Assembly (NCBI GenBank): GCA_964409635.1
Contig: CAYPEL010000002.1
Span: forward strand, 1-41,028
Length of the DNA stretch: 41,028 nucleotides
Direction of reading: 5' to 3'
Source: an uncultured Gammaproteobacteria bacterium
GTDB taxonomy: Bacteria > Pseudomonadota > Gammaproteobacteria > DSM-19610
The translations under genes and the position numbers were made by a program. The notes below the pieces were generated by a model, which did not search any database, had not been told where the DNA came from, and was given only the letters and a program-made list of their open reading frames with translations. This document shows, piece after piece, positions 29,966-39,167 of this stretch (position 1 is its first letter; each line of letters begins with the position of its first letter).

Positions 29966-30122
29966 TATTTAACCTGTTTGTCTGTCTTTTTATAAAAAGT
30001 GTAAGTGAGCAATACCAAAACCCTGAGCCTGGATCCTATCTCTGCAAATTTTTAGCGGCATGCGGGGCAGGTGCTTTAGTGGAATATTACGGGATTATCG
30101 TTGTAGTACAGGGATTTGCCGG

Positions 30123-30461
30123 TCAGACGCCGGTGGGTATGCCAATGCTCCCCAGAAATTGCCTGGGCTGTTCTATACGAATCAATTTGTTACGCCCCTT
30201 TGGTCCGGATAGCAGGGATATTTGCGGTTTACTCACGCCGCAGTGCCGGGCAAAAAATTTAATCAGCTGCTGATTAAATTTTTTCATCCACCGGTGGGGC
30301 GACGATGCTGACTTTCAGGCACCTCGATAATGCCCATCGATCCGATTTTGTTTGGCGTCGGCTTGGATGCGCAGACTCAGGATCAGTGCCTCGCTATCCC
30401 CGCGAAACCGGGTTGTACTCGGGTTTACAATAGTGACTGGCGTCTCTGTGAGTGTACGCAT
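30123..30461 (-). pseudogene. yggU: yggU (DUF167) disrupted by two compensating frameshifts
   Basis: The ATG overlaps the yggT stop (TAATG). Frame A gives MRTLTETPVTIVNPSTTRFRGDSEALILSLRIQADAKQNRIDGHYRGA then a stop at 30315-30317. The -1 frame gives LKVSIVAPPVDEK. The original frame then resumes with NQQLIKFFARHCGVSKPQISLLSGPKGRNKLIRIEQP. Together these match the DUF167 consensus. Confidence 0.75.
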
Positions 30462-31030
30462 TACAGGCTCGCCAGATGGTGCAGGGGTGGGATCAGCAGC
30501 ATTTTAGCTATCTGGATACCAATCAGCGCTACCATGGGCGACAGAGCAAGTCCGCCGATTGCGGGTATCAGCTGACGGCATGGCCGTAATACCGGTTCTG
30601 TCAGCGTGTGAAGGAGGGAGGTCACTGGATTATGGTTACCGGGATTTATCCAGCTGATGATAATCTGCACCAGGATGGCGAACAGGTAAACATTCAGCAA
30701 CAGTTCCAGCAACTCGCTGATGGCGCGGACGCCGATAAAAACCGGAGATAATGGCATACCCGCTAACACCAGTATCAGTACCAGCGCGATGACCTGCAGG
30801 ATGAGCATACTGACCAGTGTGCTGGTGTCAAACTTGCCCAGGCTGGGAATAACGCGGCGTAAGGGTAGCAACACCGGGTTAGTGATTTTAACCAGGAACT
30901 GGCTGATCGGGTTATAAAAGTCAGCCCGCACTTGAGCCAATAGAAAACGTAACATGAATGCCAGAATGTATAGGCCAAACAGGGTTTCTATTAGAAATGT
31001 TACCGGATTGGATAAATAGCTACCGCCCAT
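30461..31030 (-). CDS. yggT: YggT family membrane protein
   Basis: 189 aa with two YGGT-type repeats (FYNPISQFLVKITNPVLLPLRRVIP and NPVTSLLHTLTEPVLRPCRQLIP). Its start overlaps the proC stop (TAATG). Confidence 0.9.
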   Translation of the reverse strand: MGGSYLSNPVTFLIETLFGLYILAFMLRFLLAQVRADFYNPISQFLVKITNPVLLPLRRVIPSLGKFDTSTLVSMLILQVIALVLILVLAGMPLSPVFIGVRAISELLELLLNVYLFAILVQIIISWINPGNHNPVTSLLHTLTEPVLRPCRQLIPAIGGLALSPMVALIGIQIAKMLLIPPLHHLASL

Positions 31031-31857
31031 TAATCAGCTCCAAATTGCTCTGCTAGTTGTTTCGATCGATCGCGGGCAGACTTGAGTGCAGCAGCGATCA
31101 GGCCACGCAGATTCCCCTCTTCCAGAACTTGCAAGGCTTTTTCTGTCGTCCCGCCGGGTGAGGTAACCTGTTGTCTCAGGACGCTGGCGTCCTGCTTGCT
31201 TTCCAGCGCCATTTTGGCGGCTCCAAAAGCTGTTTGCAGTGCTAGCAGGCGGGCTGTTTCCGGCGCTAAGCCGAGCTCGGCACCGGCAGTTTGCAGCGCC
31301 TCTATAAACAGAAAAAAATACGCTGGCCCGCTGCCGGACAGTGCCGTGACGGCATCCAGCATGGCTTCATCATCGACCCAGAGTGTCAGGCCAACCGATC
31401 TGAGAATGGTTTCCGCTATGTCGTGCTGCTGCTCATTGACGAGTTCATTGGCATACAGGGCGGTTGCACCACTTTGCACCAGGGCCGGTGTATTCGGCAT
31501 ACACCGCACCAAGGCCGTTTGTCCGCCCAGCCAGCGGCGTATATCCGTTGCCCGGATGCCCGCGGCAATGGAAATGACGAGTGGGTTCTGCTGCTGAATA
31601 ATAGGGGCGATATCCTTTGCGACGCTGTGCAGTACCTGCGGTTTGACGGCCAGTACCACCACCTGGCTACCGGAAATTGCGTCGGTATTATCAGCAAAGC
31701 CCTGCAGGCCGGAATAACGCTGCATCCATTGCAGTTGATCTGGATTCGGGTCGGCAACCCGGATAGCGCCTGGATTCCAGCCATCGGCGATCAGGCCATT
31801 GATCAGGCTGCGCGGCATATTGCCTGCACCGATAAAGGTCAGAGTTGTCTGCTTCAT
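31030..31857 (-). CDS. proC: Pyrroline-5-carboxylate reductase
   Basis: Rossmann motif LTFIGAGNM and C-terminal VTSPGGTTEKAL. The start is trimmed to the ATG at 31857. Confidence 0.9.
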   Translation of the reverse strand: MKQTTLTFIGAGNMPRSLINGLIADGWNPGAIRVADPNPDQLQWMQRYSGLQGFADNTDAISGSQVVVLAVKPQVLHSVAKDIAPIIQQQNPLVISIAAGIRATDIRRWLGGQTALVRCMPNTPALVQSGATALYANELVNEQQHDIAETILRSVGLTLWVDDEAMLDAVTALSGSGPAYFFLFIEALQTAGAELGLAPETARLLALQTAFGAAKMALESKQDASVLRQQVTSPGGTTEKALQVLEEGNLRGLIAAALKSARDRSKQLAEQFGAD

Positions 31858-32047
31858 GGGTGCGACCATACCGCCCGGAGCTGGCGCTGACAAGTACGGG
31901 AGCTGCTTGTTTTAGTTATGAAAATTAAGCCCTGAAAGGCGCATTTAAAAGACGCTATACTGCATTTTCGCGCGCGGCTGACCACTTCAGTAATACCAGT
32001 GGCTGTCGATATGGACATCAAATTACGCTCTCTAATGGAGACCCCGC

Positions 32048-33085
32048 ATGGATATCGCAGAACTACTCGCCTTTGGCGTCAAGAATAACGCCTCTGATTT
32101 ACACCTCTCAGCCGGGATGCCGCCAATGATTCGCGTCGATGGCGATATCCGCCGTGTCAATGTGCCTGCATTGGATCACAAGGCCGTGCACGGTCTGATT
32201 TATGACATCATGAACGACAAGCAGCGCAAGGATTACGAAGAGTTTCTTGAGACTGACTTTTCATTCGAAATCCCGAATCTGGCGCGCTTCCGGGTTAACG
32301 CATTTAATCATAATCGTGGCGCCGGTGGTGTATTCCGTACTATCCCCTCGACTATTCTGAGCCTCGAAGAGCTGGGTGCGCCGGGTATCTTCGCTGAAAT
32401 ATCTGATCAAGCGCGTGGTATCGTGCTGGTTACCGGACCGACCGGTTCAGGCAAGTCCACCACGCTGGCGGCGATGATGGATTATGTCAATAACTCCCGT
32501 TTTGAACATATTCTGACGGTAGAAGACCCGATAGAGTTTGTACACGAAAGTAAAAAATGCCTGATCAACCAGCGCGAAGTACACCGCGATACGCACGGTT
32601 TCAATGAGGCTTTGCGGTCAGCCTTACGTGAAGATCCAGACATTATCCTGGTCGGTGAATTGCGTGACCTGGAAACCATCCGCTTGGCGCTGACGGCTGC
32701 AGAAACCGGTCACCTGGTATTCGGCACCCTGCATACCAGTTCAGCCGCTAAAACCATCGACCGTATTATTGACGTTTTCCCGGCGGCTTAAAAGACCATG
32801 GTGCGCTCTATGCTGTCGGAATCGTTGCGCGCCGTTATATCCCAAACGTTGTTGAAAAAGGTCGGGGGTGGTCGAATCGCCGCGCACGAGATAATGATTG
32901 GTACAGCTGCAATACGTAACCTGATCCGCGAAGACAAGGTTGCGCAAATGTATTCGGCTATCCAGACTGGCGCGTCAGTGGGTATGCAGACGCTGGATCA
33001 GAATTTGCAGGAAATTGTGCAACGTGGCCTGATCAACAAGAAGGATGCGCGTACCAAAGCAGCCAATAAAGAATTATTCCGTTAA
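32048..33085 (+). pseudogene. pilT: Twitching-motility ATPase PilT interrupted by an in-frame TAA at codon 248
   Basis: The two ORFs 32048-32791 and 32798-33085 share one frame and together are collinear with full-length PilT (Walker A GPTGSGKST, His box TGHLVFGTLHT, then DVFPAA-stop-KTMVRSML...AIRNLIRE). The TAA at 32789-32791 sits where PilT proteins have Glu (GAA). Confidence 0.85.
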
Positions 33086-33100
33086 GCATAAGGCAGACGC

Positions 33101-34219
33101 ATGGATTTTAACTCCTTACTCAAACTATTGGTTCACAAAGGTGGTTCCGACCTGTTTATTACTGCAGGTATGCCACCCAGCATGAAAGTTAATGGCCGCA
33201 TTTCACCGGTTTCTCAGTCTACGTTAACTCCTGAGCAGGCTCGCGATATCGTGGTCAGTATCATGTCTGCAGATCAGCGCAAGGAATATGAAGCAGAGCA
33301 CGAATGCAATTTCGCAATCAGTGCAACCGGCGTGGGGCGCTTCCGCGTCAGTGCATTTTACCAGCGCAATCATTGCGGCATGGTATTGCGCCGTATTGAG
33401 ACGCATATTCCGACAATAGAAGATCTGAAGCTGCCGCCTATTATAAAAAATCTGGCCATGACCAAGCGCGGCCTGATTATTTTTGTCGGTGCTACCGGCA
33501 CCGGTAAGTCCACCTCGCTTGCCTCCATGATTAGCTATCGAAATCAGAATAGCACCGGGCACATTATTACCATCGAAGACCCCATCGAATTCGTGCATCA
33601 ACATGCGGGCTGCATTATTACCCAGCGAGAAGTCGGTATTGATACTGAGAGCTTCGATGTGGCGTTGAAAAATACCCTCCGCCAGGCGCCCGATGTGATA
33701 CTGATCGGCGAAGTTCGTACCCGTGAAACCATGGATCACGCGATTGCCTTCGCTGAAACCGGGCACCTGTGTCTTGCAACACTGCATGCCAATAATGCTA
33801 ACCAGGCAATGGACCGCATCGTCAACTTTTTCCCGGAAGACCGCCGGGATCAGTTGCTGATGGACTTGTCGCTTAACTTGAAAGCCATTCTTGCTCAGCA
33901 GTTACTGCCGGCACCGGATGGTAAAAGCCGCCGGGCGGCGGTAGAAATCCTGATCAATACTCCGCTGGCATCGGATCTCATCCGTAAGGGTGAAGTCCAC
34001 GAATTGAAAGAACTGATGAAACGTTCTAATCAGCAGGGCATGAAGACCTTCGATCAGGCTTTGTACGAACTCTACAAAGCCAACGAAATTACCTACGATG
34101 ACGCGATTCACTATGCGGACTCAGAGAATGAAATACGCTTGCTGGTTAAACTCAAGGATACCGACGTGGCCAATTCCAAGGCACTGGACGGTATTACGCT
34201 AGTGGAAACGCCGGATTGA
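33101..34219 (+). CDS. pilU: PilT-paralogous type IV pilus ATPase PilU
   Basis: 372 aa with Walker A GATGTGKST and ETGHLCLATLHA. It occupies the usual position after pilT. Confidence 0.9.
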   Translation: MDFNSLLKLLVHKGGSDLFITAGMPPSMKVNGRISPVSQSTLTPEQARDIVVSIMSADQRKEYEAEHECNFAISATGVGRFRVSAFYQRNHCGMVLRRIETHIPTIEDLKLPPIIKNLAMTKRGLIIFVGATGTGKSTSLASMISYRNQNSTGHIITIEDPIEFVHQHAGCIITQREVGIDTESFDVALKNTLRQAPDVILIGEVRTRETMDHAIAFAETGHLCLATLHANNANQAMDRIVNFFPEDRRDQLLMDLSLNLKAILAQQLLPAPDGKSRRAAVEILINTPLASDLIRKGEVHELKELMKRSNQQGMKTFDQALYELYKANEITYDDAIHYADSENEIRLLVKLKDTDVANSKALDGITLVETPD

Positions 34220-34245
34220 GGCATTGAGCGGCTCGGTGTAAAACC

Positions 34246-34361
34246 GTACGCCAGTTAGCCGGCCAGCTTTTCGTGACCGTTGGCAGCATGGAAGCTGCCA
34301 TCGAGCGCACAGGGATGTGTTTACAGCGAGTCACGAAAAGCTGGCCGGCTAACTGGCGTAC
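34246..34361 (+). repeat. 116-bp palindromic structured element, copy 2 (perfect 32-bp arms, 52-nt conserved core)
   Basis: 34246-34277 is the exact reverse complement of 34330-34361. The core 34278-34329 matches the minus strand of 15959-16010 at 42/52 positions. The right arm abuts the stop codon of the PyrK-like gene. Confidence 0.8.
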
Positions 34362-35240
34362 TCACTGGGCTGTATATATCGCACTGGCTTCAAAAACGGG
34401 TCCGTCAACGCAAACGCGTTGCATCGCGGGCCCGTTTTTCGTTGCTACTTCTACCACGCAGCCGGCACAGCCACCCACAGCGCAGGCCATGTACTCTTCC
34501 AATGAAACCTGGCAGGGTAAATTAAATTCATCCGCCATTGCTGCGCAAGCGCTCAACATGGCGTGCGGGCCGCATGCATAGACTGCGACTTCCCGGCGTT
34601 GAGCCGCGTTGAGTGAAGCCAACCAATGCCGTGCGAGGTCAGTAATGTAGCCGTCAAAGCAGCCGGGATAATTCTGTAGGCTGGCGAGCCGGCTGGGAAT
34701 TTTCCAGTCTTCCATAAGTGGCATGGCCGCTATGGTGCCATCCGGCAAACCGGGTACGATGATTTTTGAAGGTTGTATGGTAAAGGGAAATGGAACTTCG
34801 GAACCCATGAGTAGCAGTGGTTGGCAGGTGCTGTCATTTCTTAACTGCTCAGCTAAAAATACCATCGGTGGAATACCTACACCGCCGCCGAGCAGCAAAG
34901 CTCGTGGCCGCTGTGGATCAACTTTGAACGGTATCCCGATGGGTCCGAGCATACTCAAATGTTCGTCCGGCTTGCGTTGCGCCAACAGCCGGGTACCTTT
35001 GCCGACTGATTTGTATAAAAAATCGACCCAGCCAGCCTCTGGATTCACGCGCATTATCGAAAGCGGCCGGCGCATGGGGAGTGCGGGATCACACTGTAAA
35101 TGGACAAACTGCCCGGCCTTTGCGAATGACGCGCACTTGGCTGCGTTAACGCGCAGGATAAACTGATCACCTGAAAAAGCCATATGGCTGATGATGCGTG
35201 CCTGTTCCAGGTGAATGGTGCCGCGATGTACCCGCTTCAT
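34362..35240 (-). CDS. PyrK-like flavoprotein (dihydroorotate dehydrogenase electron-transfer subunit family)
   Basis: FAD motif RRPLSI, NAD motif LLGGGVGIPP, and C-terminal 2Fe-2S motif CAVGGCAGC...CVDGPVF. The ATG at 35240 overlaps the pyrC' stop (ATGA). Confidence 0.8.
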   Translation of the reverse strand: MKRVHRGTIHLEQARIISHMAFSGDQFILRVNAAKCASFAKAGQFVHLQCDPALPMRRPLSIMRVNPEAGWVDFLYKSVGKGTRLLAQRKPDEHLSMLGPIGIPFKVDPQRPRALLLGGGVGIPPMVFLAEQLRNDSTCQPLLLMGSEVPFPFTIQPSKIIVPGLPDGTIAAMPLMEDWKIPSRLASLQNYPGCFDGYITDLARHWLASLNAAQRREVAVYACGPHAMLSACAAMADEFNLPCQVSLEEYMACAVGGCAGCVVEVATKNGPAMQRVCVDGPVFEASAIYTAQ

Positions 35241-36541
35241 GTGTTGGCGGGTGCGGTATAAATTATTTTGCCATCCCGCAGGGTATAGCGTACCCGGCCG
35301 GTCATTTCCCAACCTAAGAACGGTGTGTTTTTACCGCGGCTGTTGATGCGTTCCTGTTTCAGTTGCCAGGTTTCTTTAGGGTCAAAAATACAAATGTCTG
35401 CGGTCGCGCCCTTGGTCAACTGACCGTACGGGATATTCAAAATGGATGCCGGTCCGCAGGTTAAGCGGGCAACAAGATCCACGAGATCCAGGCAATTTTC
35501 ATCGACCAGGCGCAGCGCCAGCGGTAACAAACTGTCGAGACCGGAAACACCTGGTTCAGTCGCCGGAAAGGGCGCCAGTTTTGCATCTGGCTCGTGTGGC
35601 TGGTGGTCTGAACATAATGCTGCCAGGTCTGCGTTGCCGAGGCCGGCGCGCAGGCCATCTCTATCAGTTTGGGAGCGCAAGGGTGGCAAGAGGTGGTAGT
35701 TGGGGTCAAATTCGCCGGCATCGAGGTCGGTCAGAAAGAGATAAGGGATCGCTACATCCGCAGTGACAGGTGCACCATCATAGCGTGCCCGGGCGACCAT
35801 GCGCACAGCGCGCTGGGTTGTCAGGCGGCAGAAGTGTGCCCGTGCGCCGGTTTGTTCTATCAGCTCCAGGTCGCGGGCGACGGCTACTGTTTCTGCGGCT
35901 TCCGGAATGCCGGGTAAGCCTAGCCGGGTAGATACCCGGCCCTCATGGATGCAGCCATTGGCTGACAGCGCGTGGTCATTGGGACAAAGGAATACGGTGA
36001 GCCCAAAAGTGGACGCGTATTCGAAGGTGCGGCGTGCCACCAGCGTTGACAGCAGTGGTTTTCCGGCATTGCTGACACCGACACAACCGGCTGCTTTGAG
36101 TGCCGCCATTTCACTCAGGTGTTCACCGTTCAGGCCTTGGGTGAGTGCACCGAGTGACAAAACACGCGCCGCACCGGCCAGTTTTGAACGGTGTCTGATT
36201 AGCTCTATAACCGCCGGTGTGTCGATAACCGGATGGGTGTCTGGTGGGCAGACCAGGGTGGTGATGCCTGCAGCGGCGGCAGCCCGGCATTCGCTGTCTA
36301 TGGTTGCCTTATGTTCCTGCCCGGGTTCCCGGGTGCGCGCGCAAAGATCAATCAAACCGGGTATCACCACCAGTCCAGCTGCATCGATGGTGTGGTCAAT
36401 CCGGAAAGCATCGGGTGGATCGGCGATGCCGGCCACCCGGCCATCGGCGATAAACAGGTCGGTTATCCGGTCAATATTATCGACCGGGTCGATGAACCGT
36501 CCGCCCTGTATTTTAATTTGGCTGGCGTTCTGTTCGGCCAT
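35237..36541 (-). CDS. pyrC': Dihydroorotase-like non-catalytic protein (PyrC')
   Basis: 434 aa with an amidohydrolase fold. The metal-binding DxHxH motif is replaced by DLCAR (GLIDLCARTREPG). It sits directly after pyrB, as in Pseudomonas. Confidence 0.85.
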   Translation of the reverse strand: MAEQNASQIKIQGGRFIDPVDNIDRITDLFIADGRVAGIADPPDAFRIDHTIDAAGLVVIPGLIDLCARTREPGQEHKATIDSECRAAAAAGITTLVCPPDTHPVIDTPAVIELIRHRSKLAGAARVLSLGALTQGLNGEHLSEMAALKAAGCVGVSNAGKPLLSTLVARRTFEYASTFGLTVFLCPNDHALSANGCIHEGRVSTRLGLPGIPEAAETVAVARDLELIEQTGARAHFCRLTTQRAVRMVARARYDGAPVTADVAIPYLFLTDLDAGEFDPNYHLLPPLRSQTDRDGLRAGLGNADLAALCSDHQPHEPDAKLAPFPATEPGVSGLDSLLPLALRLVDENCLDLVDLVARLTCGPASILNIPYGQLTKGATADICIFDPKETWQLKQERINSRGKNTPFLGWEMTGRVRYTLRDGKIIYTAPANT

Positions 36542-36544
36542 GGT

Positions 36545-37512
<968 letters not shown>

Positions 37513-37516
<4 letters not shown>

Positions 37517-38016
37517 GCAGTCTTTTTTATCTCCAACGCCAGGGGTTCCGGCCCGGTGAGTTTGATATGCTCGTGGTTGCCGAGTGACATGTTCAGTCCT
37601 ACCGTACTGGCTTCGATGGGCAGCTCCCGGCCGCTGCGTTCGACTAGCGCGGCTAGAAGGATACTGGCTGGCCGTCCGTAGTCAAATAGTTCATTCATGG
37701 CAGCACGTACTGTCCGGCCGGTGTGTAGTACATCATCGACCAGGATAATGTGCCGGTCATCAACGCTGAAAGGTAACTGGGAGGGTTTGACCTGCGGGTT
37801 GATGCCAATACGGGTAAAATCGTCGCGGTAAAACGATATATCAAGTTCTCCTAGTGAGGCGTCTAGCGCCATCAGCTTATGTAATTCCCGGGCAACCCAA
37901 ACGCCACCGGTATGTATACCAACCATTAAGGGGGGTTGCTTATAGTGTTTGGTTAATTGCTGTAACTGTCCAGCCATGCTTGATAGCAGGGCGGGGATAT
38001 CTATGTGTTGATTCAC
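37513..38016 (-). CDS. pyrR: PyrR bifunctional regulator/uracil phosphoribosyltransferase
   Basis: PRTase motif [13 protein letters not shown]. 167 aa. It overlaps the pyrB start. Confidence 0.9.
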
Positions 38017-38417
38017 TGACCGGTTGCCTTTTGTTGTAACCAGCTTTCAAGGATGATTTCTGCTGCATATGCATCAATTTTATTGGCAGGTTCGCCGCGT
38101 TCTTTTAGTAACGTCTCCGCCTGAACCGAACTTAATCGTTCATCTGCGCGATGCACGGGTAACTGAAAGCGGCCCTCCAGCCGGCGGCAGAAGCGTTCTG
38201 CTGCCTGCGTCATGGCTTGTTCGCTGCCGTCCATATGATACGGGATTCCGACCACCAGTGCGCTAGGTTGCCATTCCTTGATCAGGTCTTCGACACGGGA
38301 CCAGTCTGGTGTGCCCTGATTGGCCGGCAGGGTGAGCAGCGCGTGCGCGGAACGGGTAATCATCTGCCCAGTTGCAACACCGATTCGCTTTTCACCAAAA
38401 TCGAAGCCTAACAGCAT
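38013..38417 (-). CDS. ruvX: Holliday-junction-resolvase-like nuclease RuvX (YqgF)
   Basis: LLGFDFGEKRIGVA at the N-terminus. 134 aa. Confidence 0.9.
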   Translation of the reverse strand: MLLGFDFGEKRIGVATGQMITRSAHALLTLPANQGTPDWSRVEDLIKEWQPSALVVGIPYHMDGSEQAMTQAAERFCRRLEGRFQLPVHRADERLSSVQAETLLKERGEPANKIDAYAAEIILESWLQQKATGQ

Positions 38418-38423
38418 TGGCCG

Positions 38424-38987
38424 TTATGCATGCCCGGCATCGCCGGAGAGTAAATCCAGATCAACACCCAGTGAAGCGGCAGCCGCTTTCCAGCGGTCTT
38501 CGTTGGCGGTATGAAACAGGATGTCCGGGTCAGCTGGCCCGGAGAGCCAAGCGTTGTCCGCCAGTTCCTGTTCAAGCTGGCCGGCCCCCCAACCGGCATA
38601 GCCCAGTGCGACCAGGCATTTTTCCGGGCCGGCTTCGTTGGCAATGGCGGTAAGGATATCGCTCGAAGAAGTAATACCGATCCGGTCGGTGACTTTGAGA
38701 GTTGCTTCCCAGTCGCCCAGTGGTTCGTGGAGTACAAAGCCCCGGTTTTGTTGTACCGGGCCGCCTAAATGGATGGCTCTGAGGCGTGCTTCAGGGCTGG
38801 CTGCTTTAAGTTCCATGTGCTGGAAGATTTCATCGAGTTGCATATCCAGTTGCCGGTTTAAGATCAGCCCCAGAGCGCCATCTGCATTATGCTCGCAGAT
38901 TAAGGTGACTGTATGCGAGAAATTAGGGTCTGCCAATGCCGGCATGGCAATAAGAAAATGATTGGTAAGGTACGCTTGCTCTACCAT
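38424..38987 (-). CDS. yqgE: YqgE/AlgH family protein (UPF0301)
   Basis: HFLIAMPALADPNFSHTVTLICEHN signature. 187 aa. Confidence 0.9.
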   Translation of the reverse strand: MVEQAYLTNHFLIAMPALADPNFSHTVTLICEHNADGALGLILNRQLDMQLDEIFQHMELKAASPEARLRAIHLGGPVQQNRGFVLHEPLGDWEATLKVTDRIGITSSSDILTAIANEAGPEKCLVALGYAGWGAGQLEQELADNAWLSGPADPDILFHTANEDRWKAAAASLGVDLDLLSGDAGHA

Positions 38988-39109
38988 GGGGATAGTATCC
39001 GGTAGACCGGGGCTTGATTCAAGCGCTACGAAATATAGATCAGCCAGATAAATATAGTTAAGGCACCATTGATTTATTCGTGTATCTTGTTTTTACCAAT
39101 GATGTTGAC

Positions 39110-39141
39110 CCGGTAGGAGCGGTTAAAACCGCTCCTACCGG
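39110..39141 (-). terminator. Perfect 15-bp stem hairpin downstream of the tonB-like gene
   Basis: CCGGTAGGAGCGGTT-AA-AACCGCTCCTACCGG lies 27 nt after the stop at 39168. No clear U-tract is present on the minus strand. Confidence 0.35.
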
Positions 39142-39167
39142 TCTTAATCAAGACCTGTCCTGGCAGA

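Noticed and set aside
30079-30575. ORFs 30079-30273 and 30330-30575 on the plus strand.
   Set aside because: They are antisense to the yggU remnant and the yggT 3' end. The minus-strand frames carry the recognisable DUF167 and YggT sequence.
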